Part shown: positions 35,389-44,353 of the stretch, in pieces | Layout of the letters: every line of letters starts with the position of its first letter | Position numbering within the stretch: position 1 is the first letter of the stretch | Source of the DNA: a virus | Length of the DNA: 59,635 nucleotides | Virus genome (UHGV): UHGV-0248400 | Strand: one strand, 5' to 3' | Translations under genes and position numbers: made by a program | The notes under the pieces: model-generated | What the model was told of the DNA's origin: nothing | Database searches by the model: none | The model's input: only the letters and a program-made list of their open reading frames with translations

Positions 35389-35427
35389 GTGCTAAAATAA
35401 TGAAAACTATTCTGTACAGGTGACCAC

Positions 35428-35838
35428 ATGGCAATCACAGTTGAAGGTATCCGCAATTTAATTAACGTTCCTGATATCAGTGATGAAACAATTCAGTGGT
35501 ATATCGACAACGGCTATACAAACCCGTTAAGTATCTGCATCGCACTTTGTGATTACATGGCTTCATTGGTCAGTAACGACACTGATATTAAAGTTGGTCC
35601 TATTTCACTTTCTGGTAGTGACGCCGCTAAAGCCTGGAACTTGCTTAAAAAAGATTTTATTTTGCGTTTGAATACCGGGACGGATCCGGGTGGTTCAGGA
35701 TTTGGCTTAGGGTTTGGTGTTGGTGGTATCACATTAACTGGTCAGGGTATGCCACCTGCTATTCAGCGTGGACAGTTTGATAACCCACCGATCACGCTTG
35801 AGAACAACACTACGCGCATCAATGAAGGTGAACAGTAA
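35428..35838 (+). CDS. head-tail connector / head completion protein (putative)
   Basis: 136 aa. First gene after the island, in the order typical of head-tail joining genes. Glycine-rich C-terminus. Confidence 0.4.
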   Translation: MAITVEGIRNLINVPDISDETIQWYIDNGYTNPLSICIALCDYMASLVSNDTDIKVGPISLSGSDAAKAWNLLKKDFILRLNTGTDPGGSGFGLGFGVGGITLTGQGMPPAIQRGQFDNPPITLENNTTRINEGEQ

Positions 35839-36212
35839 TGTCCGATCAACGTAACCGTGTTTTAGCAGGTGTAACCCGTGCACTCGCAGAAGTGGGTGAA
35901 GATCTGACTGTATCACGTACAGTAACCACACCAAACCCCAGCAACCCCACGCTGCCAGGTGTGACAGAAACTACGGTTCACAGTTGCCGTGGTTATGTTT
36001 ACCCACTGGAAAAATGGGATCCGTCAACCATGACGCGCAACACCGTGACAATGGTCATTATGGATACGAAATCTTTTGACCCGCCTTTTGTACCTGAACG
36101 TGGCGATGTGGTAATTGATAACCGTGGGCGTGAATACAGGCTGTTAGACCGTCAAAATCCGCGTTTGCTGGGTGATGATATGGCGTTTATTCATCCTACA
36201 GGCGCTGCATAA
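35838..36212 (+). CDS. head-tail adaptor (putative)
   Basis: ATGTCC overlaps the upstream stop (TAATG). 124 aa. Confidence 0.4.
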   Translation: MSDQRNRVLAGVTRALAEVGEDLTVSRTVTTPNPSNPTLPGVTETTVHSCRGYVYPLEKWDPSTMTRNTVTMVIMDTKSFDPPFVPERGDVVIDNRGREYRLLDRQNPRLLGDDMAFIHPTGAA

Positions 36213-36640
36213 TGGCACGTAACGTTAATGATATAAACCGGATCACTGGTGTCTTTAAAGACATTAAAGCTGATTTACAGGATTTCACAAATCGTGAGGT
36301 TATCCGGTATGTTTTAACGTTGCGTAATATTTTAATCAGTGAGCCACCTACAGGCACACCCGTTGATACAGGATGGGCATCTAATAACTGGTGGTTCGAT
36401 CAAAGTCAACCAGCTAACAGCCCTTCTACAGCATCTGGTGATGTTGCAACCAGTAAAGCGCGTATTGAACAGGATACAATAACGATCAGCAGCATTGTTG
36501 TTAATGGTCAGTCACTGCACATAACGAATAACGTTCCATATATCGGTGTTCTGAATAGTGGTAGCAGCTTACAAACACCATCCGGGTTTGTGGATCGTGC
36601 TATTTTAACAGCCGGAATTATGGTGAGGTTCAATCAATGA
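36212..36640 (+). CDS. tail completion / neck protein (putative)
   Basis: 142 aa. TAATG coupling. Confidence 0.4.
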   Translation: MARNVNDINRITGVFKDIKADLQDFTNREVIRYVLTLRNILISEPPTGTPVDTGWASNNWWFDQSQPANSPSTASGDVATSKARIEQDTITISSIVVNGQSLHITNNVPYIGVLNSGSSLQTPSGFVDRAILTAGIMVRFNQ

Positions 36641-37059
36641 AAATCTCTGACGTATCCGGGGTTGTTTATAATCGTGTTCTGGCTAATCTCCCAGTGGAGA
36701 TAACACCGGATCGTTTTACGATTGCATCTGGTAACCTTCCCGATGATACAACAAAGAAACCCGGACTTATTTTAACGCATAACCCCGGTCCGTGGGCAAT
36801 TACAACACTGGGTGGTGAGGGTGTTTGTCGTCGTCGCTTACGTACAGGGAACGTTTTTTTACAGGTGCGCACTCCTGCACAATACGGAATGGACACGTTA
36901 AGTCTTGATATTGCTGATCGACTGGCGCGTTTGTTTGAAGGTATCTGGCAGGATCGCCCGTTACTTTATACAGGTGTTGATGTAAGATATGTGGGACGTG
37001 ATAATGCCTGGTTCCTCGCGAATACGGTTATCACTTATGAATTCGAAGAAGTCTATTAG
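36637..37059 (+). CDS. tail terminator protein (putative)
   Basis: 140 aa. ATGA coupling. Precedes the major tail gene. Confidence 0.4.
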   Translation: MKISDVSGVVYNRVLANLPVEITPDRFTIASGNLPDDTTKKPGLILTHNPGPWAITTLGGEGVCRRRLRTGNVFLQVRTPAQYGMDTLSLDIADRLARLFEGIWQDRPLLYTGVDVRYVGRDNAWFLANTVITYEFEEVY

Positions 37060-37075
37060 CGAATGAGGAACCAAA

Positions 37076-38533
37076 ATGGCTGAGTCAATTTTTAACTGTA
37101 ATCAGGCCAGCGCTGCAGACGTTAACGCAACCCGTCTTTCTGTGGCTAAGGTCTGTGAACCTGTCAGCGGTACACCCTGGACTGTACAGCAACCGAACGA
37201 AATCAGTTCGTATTCGGCTGATATTACCAAAACGCAACGTACCCCGATTAGCACTGACCGATCCGCACGGAAAGGCACTGTAACCAACGTCGAAGTTGCC
37301 CCAGGGTTTCAGACTGATATCACGCTGGACACATTCCGTTACTGGGGTGACGGCTTCCTTTACAGCCGCTGGATGGGTGCCGGGGCTATCGATATTGATG
37401 TGATCAGTGTTGATAGCGATAGCTATACCGTTGCCGCACTTGCAAGCGCGTTACCAGCCGGAACCTTAGTTTATGCAGCAGGGTTTATGATGGCTGCGAA
37501 CAATGGCCTGAAAACTGTTGGTTCAGGTAGCACGACTACCGATATCAATGTTGCTGGTCTGGTAGCTGAGGCATCCCCACCAGCGACTGCACGTTTATAT
37601 GTAGTCGGTACAGTCGCGGCTGCAGGCGATATTGCGGTGAATGCAAATGGGCAAATCACCTCAACCACGCTGGACTTTACCACGCTGGGGTTAATTCCGG
37701 GCCAGTACATCTATATTGATGGTTTCACCCAGACCGTCACCAGTAAGTTGGCGCGGGTTGTCGCGGTTACCGCCCATGTGCTTACGCTGGCAAGCAGTGA
37801 GTTTGTAACAGAAGTCGGTACAGGGAAAACGGTTAGTATTTACGTTTCCAGTTTTGTGCGTAACGTTCCGGTTGATTCAGCAGATTTTGTTAAAACTGAA
37901 TATACAATGGAAGCGCGTTATAACACTGAACCGGAAATTTTCGAATATGCCCGTGGTGTCAGCGCTAACCAGATGACCATCAACGCGCCGCTGACTGAAA
38001 AAATGACAATGGATCTGACGTTTGTCGCACAGGATTTGTCAGAGCCTGTTGATACTCCGCTGCCGGGTTCTGGTTATTACGATTTCGTTGAAAACGAAGC
38101 GTATAACACGGTTACTAACCTCAACCGTGTTCGCCTGACCGGGATCGATGAAAGTGGGCTTTCAACCTATCTGAAAGATACCACCATCACGATCAACAAC
38201 AACGTATCGGGTGAAAACACGCTGGGCCGCATGGGTGCCACGTTTACCAACCTGGGTAACCTGGAAGTCACCATTGATACTGAAGCAGTTATGACTGATG
38301 GCGCGGTGCTTGCGGCGATCCGTAACAACACTACCGTTACGTTTGAACTGGCTGGCGTTAATGGTGACGGTGCATTCGTGGTTAACATTCCTGCTATGAC
38401 GCTGGGTGATGGTTCTAAGAACCTGGCGACGGGTGAGAAGGTTAAAGTGACAGTATCAGGTACAGCCCATGAAGAAGCGGGTCTGGACTTCATGATCGGC
38501 TTCAGCCTGTTCCCGTATCTGCCAACTCTGTAA
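37076..38533 (+). CDS. major tail (tube) protein with C-terminal extra (Ig-like?) domain
   Basis: 485 aa, Thr/Val/Ala-rich. Followed by a strong terminator. Upstream of the G/G-T chaperone pair. Confidence 0.55.
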   Translation: MAESIFNCNQASAADVNATRLSVAKVCEPVSGTPWTVQQPNEISSYSADITKTQRTPISTDRSARKGTVTNVEVAPGFQTDITLDTFRYWGDGFLYSRWMGAGAIDIDVISVDSDSYTVAALASALPAGTLVYAAGFMMAANNGLKTVGSGSTTTDINVAGLVAEASPPATARLYVVGTVAAAGDIAVNANGQITSTTLDFTTLGLIPGQYIYIDGFTQTVTSKLARVVAVTAHVLTLASSEFVTEVGTGKTVSIYVSSFVRNVPVDSADFVKTEYTMEARYNTEPEIFEYARGVSANQMTINAPLTEKMTMDLTFVAQDLSEPVDTPLPGSGYYDFVENEAYNTVTNLNRVRLTGIDESGLSTYLKDTTITINNNVSGENTLGRMGATFTNLGNLEVTIDTEAVMTDGAVLAAIRNNTTVTFELAGVNGDGAFVVNIPAMTLGDGSKNLATGEKVKVTVSGTAHEEAGLDFMIGFSLFPYLPTL

Positions 38534-38540
38534 AAGAACT

Positions 38541-38567
38541 GCCCCGGTTAGTCCGGGGCTTTTTATT
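38541..38567. terminator. bidirectional rho-independent terminator (GCCCCGGTTAGTCCGGGGC TTTTTATT)
   Basis: Perfect 7-bp stem, with an A-run upstream and a T-run downstream. Confidence 0.65.
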
Positions 38568-39189
38568 ACACGTACTGGATCTGTTTAGGTGAAAATGGTT
38601 TGTCATATTTGCCATTACCTTTCAACCACTCAACCAATTGTTTACGTAAACTTTTACGAAACTCAGATTGTAAATTACTGTTGAGAAGTTTAACGAATAC
38701 AGGGAACATATCCGGGTGGTATGCACGGTAAAGTTTCTCAACTTGTTCACGGTTAACGTTATATTCCCGAACGATCAACCTGAACTGTGCGTTTAGTTTG
38801 CGCTGTTGGTTTACTTTTTTGATTTGGCAGTAACGTTGCCATTTTTCCTCTTGTTCCTGTTCGTAAACTTTATACGCTTCCAAAACTTCTGGTGTTGCAT
38901 CTGGTCGGGATCCGTAGCATGGGTAACACCATCCCCGTGTGCTCGCAAAGGTGTACCAGGACGCTGATTGTGTTTCAGGGTGCCAGATTAACATTTCAAA
39001 ATCTGAATCATGATAACCATTGTTTTCACGCTCTTTGATACAGCACCCGTGGTCAGTTTCATAAAGAAAATAGCAAGGAGGGTAGTTTTCGCCGTTATGG
39101 CGAATATGGATAGGGCTGTAAGCACCTTCTAAAAGTTTAATATTTCCTTCGAAAACAGAGCTATGCCAACCCATGTTGATAATCGCCAT
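38566..39189 (-). CDS. moron: Cys/Trp/Tyr-rich protein of unknown function (~207 aa) inserted in tail module
   Basis: ATG 39189 with GAGGG SD. Own copy of the conserved promoter. Opposite strand to the flanking tail genes. The track ORF start at 39249 is a TTG inside the -35 box. Confidence 0.5.
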   Translation of the reverse strand: MAIINMGWHSSVFEGNIKLLEGAYSPIHIRHNGENYPPCYFLYETDHGCCIKERENNGYHDSDFEMLIWHPETQSASWYTFASTRGWCYPCYGSRPDATPEVLEAYKVYEQEQEEKWQRYCQIKKVNQQRKLNAQFRLIVREYNVNREQVEKLYRAYHPDMFPVFVKLLNSNLQSEFRKSLRKQLVEWLKGNGKYDKPFSPKQIQYV

Positions 39190-39218
39190 CGTCTTACCCT
39201 CAGTTCGTTTCGTTGTGA

Positions 39219-39262
39219 TAACTATACATTCCTGTCTGCAATCCGTCAAGAATTATTTTAAA
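39219..39262 (-). promoter_or_regulatory. conserved promoter copy (-35 TTGACG, 17 bp, -10 TATAGT)
   Basis: Reverse complement of TGCAATCCGTCAAGAATTATTTTAAACATC. Confidence 0.55.
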
Positions 39263-39327
39263 CATCTTGCGTAATTCGTACAGAACTATTACTATCAACG
39301 TGTCATCTAACATAACAGGTAAACATC

Positions 39328-39750
39328 ATGTCCAAGTTTGATCATCTTAAAAAAGCACTTTCACCGTTGGTTTTGAAAGCCTCTGCTGAACTGATTCTGA
39401 ACGAAAATTTCAAAATCATCGTGCTGAACCTGAACACCGCTAACCAGGCGTATAACGCTGCTGTTGCGAACTACATGAAAGGTCGCGCGGCGCTTCCTGA
39501 AGATTTTTTTGAACGTCTCTGGAAACAGGAGTATTTCCCGCAGGGGATCGAGTTCGTCGCTAATGTCCTGATGCTGGACTGGGTATTGTTGTCAGAAGAT
39601 GACACGCCTGAACCGTTCAGCCCGGAAGAAGCGATTGAACTGATGAACGATGATCGGTTTGGGCCGTCCATTTATGCGCGGGTGATTCAGTTCTCCATCA
39701 ACTCCGCAATGTTTAAAGACGACTGGGAGAAACAGATCACAAAAAACTAA
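39328..39750 (+). CDS. tail assembly chaperone G
   Basis: 140 aa, immediately upstream of the tape measure gene. Ends ...QITKN* with the slippery AAAAAAC site at 39741-39747. Confidence 0.65.
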   Translation: MSKFDHLKKALSPLVLKASAELILNENFKIIVLNLNTANQAYNAAVANYMKGRAALPEDFFERLWKQEYFPQGIEFVANVLMLDWVLLSEDDTPEPFSPEEAIELMNDDRFGPSIYARVIQFSINSAMFKDDWEKQITKN

Positions 39751-40016
39751 TCGACTTCCTCCAGTGGAACCGCAAAACAGACGGCGATGATTTGGACTGG
39801 GTTGCACAGGGGGCTGCAGCGCGTGGTAAGGCCGTTCCGGCAGTAATCAGCAATCGTCCGGTATTACGTCGTGACGCATTGTTTTACTGGAATGCTTACC
39901 TCGATCTGATGACGGCTGACTGGGGAACCTGTGAACGTTACGCCCGGTGTTATAACGTTGACGCTCAATTCCTGTGGTCATTACTGATTAAATTACGCGC
40001 TGTTGGGTCAAAGTAG
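39328..40016 (+). CDS. tail assembly chaperone G-T fusion via -1 programmed ribosomal frameshift at A_AAA_AAC (39741-39747)
   Basis: The -1 frame is open from the slippery heptamer to 40016 (KKLIDFLQWNRKTDGDDLDWVAQG...). Classic conserved G/GT arrangement upstream of TMP. Confidence 0.55.
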
Positions 40017-40072
40017 TCACGGGGTCACGGTTGAGTTAAACTATTCGTATCATCGTTTCAGGAGGCTTGACC

Positions 40073-42988
40073 GTGGCCCAATATCCTATTGATATAAAGT
40101 TAGACACCGGGTCTGCTGACCGTGATCTAAAAAATCTTAATACTCAGTTAGATCAAACTGAGAAATCAACAATAGCCGCAGCACAGGCAGCAAACCAGTT
40201 ATCTGCTGCTGATCAACAGGTCGCTAAAGCATCCCAGCAATTAGCCCAACAACAAGTCCAACAGGCTGCTAAAGCCGCTGCTGTTGCCCGTGCTACTCGT
40301 GAGGCTGCGCAGGAACAATCGCGCCTTTTAGCCACACAGGGGGCTGCTGCGCGTGCTGCTGGTGAAACGGTCAATAACCAACAGAAGTTTGCAGATCTTG
40401 CTAAAACAATTAAACAAGCAACTGCTGATGAAAAGAAAGCAATTGACGATCTGACAAACAGCCTTAAAAAACTGGATAGCCAGCAGAATAATACAAACCA
40501 GTCAGCACAGAAAACCAATACTGCATTTGACAATATCGCAACAGGTGTTAAAGGTTTTATCGGTTTACAGGTGGTCAGTACCGTAGCTGAATGGGGTAAG
40601 GCATTTATCGATACCGCATCCCAGGTTGAACTTTTACAGAGTCGCATTCAGCTTTATTCAAATACATCTGTTGAAGCAACACAGATTTTTCAGCAACTGG
40701 TACAACAGGCTAACCGTGCGGGTACAGATATTAATGCTGTAGCCAACAGTTTTCAGCGTTTTGCGGCTGCTGGTAAAGATGCCGGGATCAGTAATCAGGT
40801 TATTCTGCAGTTCACCGACAACCTGCAGAAAATGGCGCGTATTTCTGGCGCATCTTCACAGGAAGCATCCGCCGCTATCTACCAGCTATCACAGGCATTT
40901 GCGTCTGGTCGATTACAGGGTGACGAATTCAGATCTGTTTCGGAACAGATGCCTACTGTTTTGCAAGTGTTAGCTAAACAGTTAGGTGTCACCACGGGTG
41001 AATTAAAACAAATGGGTTCTGAGGGACTCATTACCCGTGATCAAATGTTGTTGTTAAACAACGCCACCGACGATATTAACGCACAGTTCGACCGTATGCC
41101 GCGTACCGTCGATCAGGCTGCTACAGCGTTGCAGAATAACCTTTCTGTGGCTATCGCTGAACTGGATCAGCAGATCGGCGCGTCTAAGTTCCTGGCGAAA
41201 TTCCTCGATTTACTGGCAGGCGGTGTATCCGGGGTTACTGACCTGGTCAAAGCCGCTGGTGAAATTGATAAAATGGCGCAGGCTACAAATAACCTGAACG
41301 CCGTTACCAGTCAACGTGAATCGAACCTGAAAGAGATCGCGGATCTCGAAAAACAGATCCAGAATGGTTACACCACGCAATCAATCGGTGGTTATACCAA
41401 ATTTGTTAATAATACTGCTGATGCACAAAAACGCCTGACTGAACTTAAAAAATTAGATGTTCAGTTAACAAAACAGCAGGCAGACGCACAGAGGCAGGTA
41501 ACACAGGCTACTCCACTGGGTAAAGGAGTTGCTGAAAATCTCGCGTCACAGGCGAGCAAGTTAGCATCACTGAACAAAAGTGTCACAGCTGCTGGTCGTC
41601 CTGATGCAGATGCAGCCAAACAGATTAAAAACCTGCAGGAACAATTCACTTATACTAAAGCACTTGCCGATGGTAACTACGAACTGGCCGCTGCTCAAAA
41701 ACTGGGTAATAAAGCCACCAAAGACCAGATCTCTTCTTACGCTGCGTTACTGAAACAGCAGGCAGAGTATAAGCAAGGTCTTAAAGACGATAAAAAAGCC
41801 CAATCAGAGGCCGCAGCAGCCGCAAAACGGGCACAGAAAGAACTGGAACGTAATCAGGCTGCGAATGAAAAGTATTTAAAAACACTTAATGATAAAGTTA
41901 ATGCAGGTCAATACGATGTTGAGCTGGCCCGTGAACAGGTTCAGCTGAGTCTCACACAGGGTGCATCAGTCGATCAGCTTACAGCAGCCTATCAGAAATC
42001 TTACCTGGTACAGCAACAGTTAACGCTACAGTCACAACAGGCAGAAGCACAATCACGCCTGAATAAAGACGCTACGGACGCTGAACGTAAAGCTGTAGAT
42101 GAACAGGTTGCTGCGTTGCAGCGCCAGCAGGAGGCTAAACGCCTTGCTGCGCAGGTTTCCCAGGTTCAGAGCGATGTTACCAGCACGTTAAACCCGGTCC
42201 AAAGTCAAATGGACCAGATTAATGAACAGGAAGCACAACGTTTAACCGTTGCTGAACAGGCGCGTCAACAGGACTTGATTAACGAACAACAGTACCAGGA
42301 TCTGAAAACACAGATCATGATGGCTGGCGAACAGCAACGCAATGATGTAATGACCGCTAATAATGCGATGTTGCTGGGTGCGACTGGCGATCTTTTTGGT
42401 GGTCTGGCTGATATTCTGAAAAATTCACAAGGTGAACAGTCCAGCATCTATAAAACGATGTTTGCGGCAAGTAAAGCATTCGCCATTGCACAGGCGTCTG
42501 TTCTCTTGTGGGAAAACGTCAGTAAAGCAATGGCTGTTGGTTTCCCGCTTAACATTCCATTCATCGCAGGTGCTTTAGCACAGGGTACGTCTATTTTAAG
42601 TAGCCTGTCATCTGTTACCGCGACTGGGTTTGCAACGGGCGGTTTAGTTACGGGGCCGGGTACAGGGCAAAGCGATAGTATCAACGCCCGTTTAAGCAAC
42701 GGTGAATTCGTCAGCACTAAACAGGCAACAAGCCGCTATCGTGATACACTGGAGGCCATGAACCGTGGCACCTATACGCCAGGCTCAGAAGGCGGATCAG
42801 CACCTAACGTACAGGTTCATAACTATGGTGGTGAGCGTGTACAAGTTAAACAGGGGTTGACCCGTGACGATGTGGTTCTGATTATCGGTGAAGAATTCCC
42901 GCGTCAGTCTGCTGCACAAATCAACAACCCGTATAGTCAGACTAATAAAGCCTTGAATAGCGCATACAGCATGAACAGGAAACTTTAA
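40073..42988 (+). CDS. tape measure protein
   Basis: ~970 aa, coiled-coil and Gln/Ala-rich, after G/G-T. AGGAGG SD 7 nt before GTG 40073. The track starts at TTG 40067. Confidence 0.85.
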   Translation: MAQYPIDIKLDTGSADRDLKNLNTQLDQTEKSTIAAAQAANQLSAADQQVAKASQQLAQQQVQQAAKAAAVARATREAAQEQSRLLATQGAAARAAGETVNNQQKFADLAKTIKQATADEKKAIDDLTNSLKKLDSQQNNTNQSAQKTNTAFDNIATGVKGFIGLQVVSTVAEWGKAFIDTASQVELLQSRIQLYSNTSVEATQIFQQLVQQANRAGTDINAVANSFQRFAAAGKDAGISNQVILQFTDNLQKMARISGASSQEASAAIYQLSQAFASGRLQGDEFRSVSEQMPTVLQVLAKQLGVTTGELKQMGSEGLITRDQMLLLNNATDDINAQFDRMPRTVDQAATALQNNLSVAIAELDQQIGASKFLAKFLDLLAGGVSGVTDLVKAAGEIDKMAQATNNLNAVTSQRESNLKEIADLEKQIQNGYTTQSIGGYTKFVNNTADAQKRLTELKKLDVQLTKQQADAQRQVTQATPLGKGVAENLASQASKLASLNKSVTAAGRPDADAAKQIKNLQEQFTYTKALADGNYELAAAQKLGNKATKDQISSYAALLKQQAEYKQGLKDDKKAQSEAAAAAKRAQKELERNQAANEKYLKTLNDKVNAGQYDVELAREQVQLSLTQGASVDQLTAAYQKSYLVQQQLTLQSQQAEAQSRLNKDATDAERKAVDEQVAALQRQQEAKRLAAQVSQVQSDVTSTLNPVQSQMDQINEQEAQRLTVAEQARQQDLINEQQYQDLKTQIMMAGEQQRNDVMTANNAMLLGATGDLFGGLADILKNSQGEQSSIYKTMFAASKAFAIAQASVLLWENVSKAMAVGFPLNIPFIAGALAQGTSILSSLSSVTATGFATGGLVTGPGTGQSDSINARLSNGEFVSTKQATSRYRDTLEAMNRGTYTPGSEGGSAPNVQVHNYGGERVQVKQGLTRDDVVLIIGEEFPRQSAAQINNPYSQTNKALNSAYSMNRKL

Positions 42989-42990
42989 AT

Positions 42991-43494
42991 ATGGCTACCA
43001 CTGACGATTTACCACGGCTTGAGTATGGGGGCGAAATGGTTCGCCCTGCGCGTGATAACTATAACTATAACCCTCCCTGGGGTGCGACGAAATCAGATAT
43101 CGCCGGGACACTATCACGGCTGGGGCGTAGTGCTTTCGGTGGCCCGGCTGATGTTTCCTGTACTGTTCAGTTGCATAGCCCGGCAATGCTTCAGTGGTGG
43201 GATGATTTTTATAACCTTGAAATTGCTGAAGGTACGAAGCGTTTCGTAATGGAACTGTTTGTGAACGGTTTTATTCAGGAACATGTCGTACAGATCGTAT
43301 CGCGGCCAGCAGCAGCTACTGTTGGCTGGAAAGGAAGTATTGACCTGCAATTGCAGGCAGTACCGATCATCGACCGCTGTGCTATGGCGTCCCGCTTACT
43401 CATCACTAAATGTCAGGGTGACCACTCATCTTGCTATATTAATGATTTGATTGAATTAGGTTTATCTCTCAATAACGCCTGGACACCAGAATGA
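42991..43494 (+). CDS. minor tail protein (distal tail, gpM-like position)
   Basis: 167 aa directly after TMP. Confidence 0.45.
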   Translation: MATTDDLPRLEYGGEMVRPARDNYNYNPPWGATKSDIAGTLSRLGRSAFGGPADVSCTVQLHSPAMLQWWDDFYNLEIAEGTKRFVMELFVNGFIQEHVVQIVSRPAAATVGWKGSIDLQLQAVPIIDRCAMASRLLITKCQGDHSSCYINDLIELGLSLNNAWTPE

Positions 43495-43997
43495 AAGACG
43501 AACTGAAAGAACTATTGACAGTCGCCACAACGGGTAAAGGAGTGGTTGACGGCATAAAGCTTAATCATAGTTCCTGGCCGCAGCCACTTTATATCACCAG
43601 TGTTTATCCCGGCTTTACGGCAGTACATGAAGATGGTCTGGAATATGATTACGAATATATTCCCATGTCTGTTAAAAAAGCGAACAAGCAAAATGACTTA
43701 TCGCAGGATTACAGTTTTACTATTCAGGATTTGAATGAGGTCGTTGGGGTTTATCTGGACCTGATACCACTTGACAGTGAAGAAAAACCATCCGTGGAGT
43801 TGCGGACCTTCGTGTACCGTGAGGACGGATCGATTTCTGATATTCAGGATGGCCCATACGTTCTTGAGTCTGGCGATATCACAACGGAACCGCAAGGGTG
43901 TACGTTTACCGCGACACCACCTATCACTAACTTTTCAGGAACAGGTGAACTGTATACCTTTGAACTTTTCCCCTCATTACTGGCATATACATCATGA
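43491..43997 (+). CDS. minor tail protein (gpL-like position)
   Basis: 168 aa. ATGA coupling. Confidence 0.45.
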   Translation: MKDELKELLTVATTGKGVVDGIKLNHSSWPQPLYITSVYPGFTAVHEDGLEYDYEYIPMSVKKANKQNDLSQDYSFTIQDLNEVVGVYLDLIPLDSEEKPSVELRTFVYREDGSISDIQDGPYVLESGDITTEPQGCTFTATPPITNFSGTGELYTFELFPSLLAYTS

Positions 43998-44353
43998 TCG
44001 GTGATCGTTATGATGTTGATAAATGGAACTGTACACATGAAGTGAGTCAGTGGTACAGGTTAAATAACTATCCTCATCAGTTGCAAAGCGTCAATAGTAG
44101 TGAATGGGGTGTATCGTTCGTCAGATGGATGCGTAAGCGTTTTACGCCATTAGTTAAGCCTGAACAGGGCGCGTTAGTTTTAATGAAAAATCGTTGTTCT
44201 GGTGGGCTTCACGTTGGCGTTTGGGATGACGGTATGGTTCACCATTGCTATCAGCCTCCCGGTGATACACCAGGACAAACCATAAGAACGCCTCTAAGTA
44301 TAATAAAATGTTCTCATAAAGACGTGACTTTCTGGAGAATGAAAAATGTCTAA
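43994..44353 (+). CDS. tail assembly NlpC/P60-family peptidase (gpK-like)
   Basis: CTHEVSQWY...GGLHVGVW..G.VHH is a Cys-His-His arrangement typical of NlpC/P60 in lambda-K-like proteins. Confidence 0.5.
   Translation: MIGDRYDVDKWNCTHEVSQWYRLNNYPHQLQSVNSSEWGVSFVRWMRKRFTPLVKPEQGALVLMKNRCSGGLHVGVWDDGMVHHCYQPPGDTPGQTIRTPLSIIKCSHKDVTFWRMKNV

Noticed and set aside
40213-40647. Antisense ORFs inside large genes (e.g. 40213..40647- in TMP, 55782..56513+ inside SSB gene, 57851..58363+, 32222..32812-, 46971..47189+)
   Set aside because: They lie fully within longer, well-supported genes on the other strand. Their composition mirrors the sense gene (Ala/Arg/Cys-rich artefacts).
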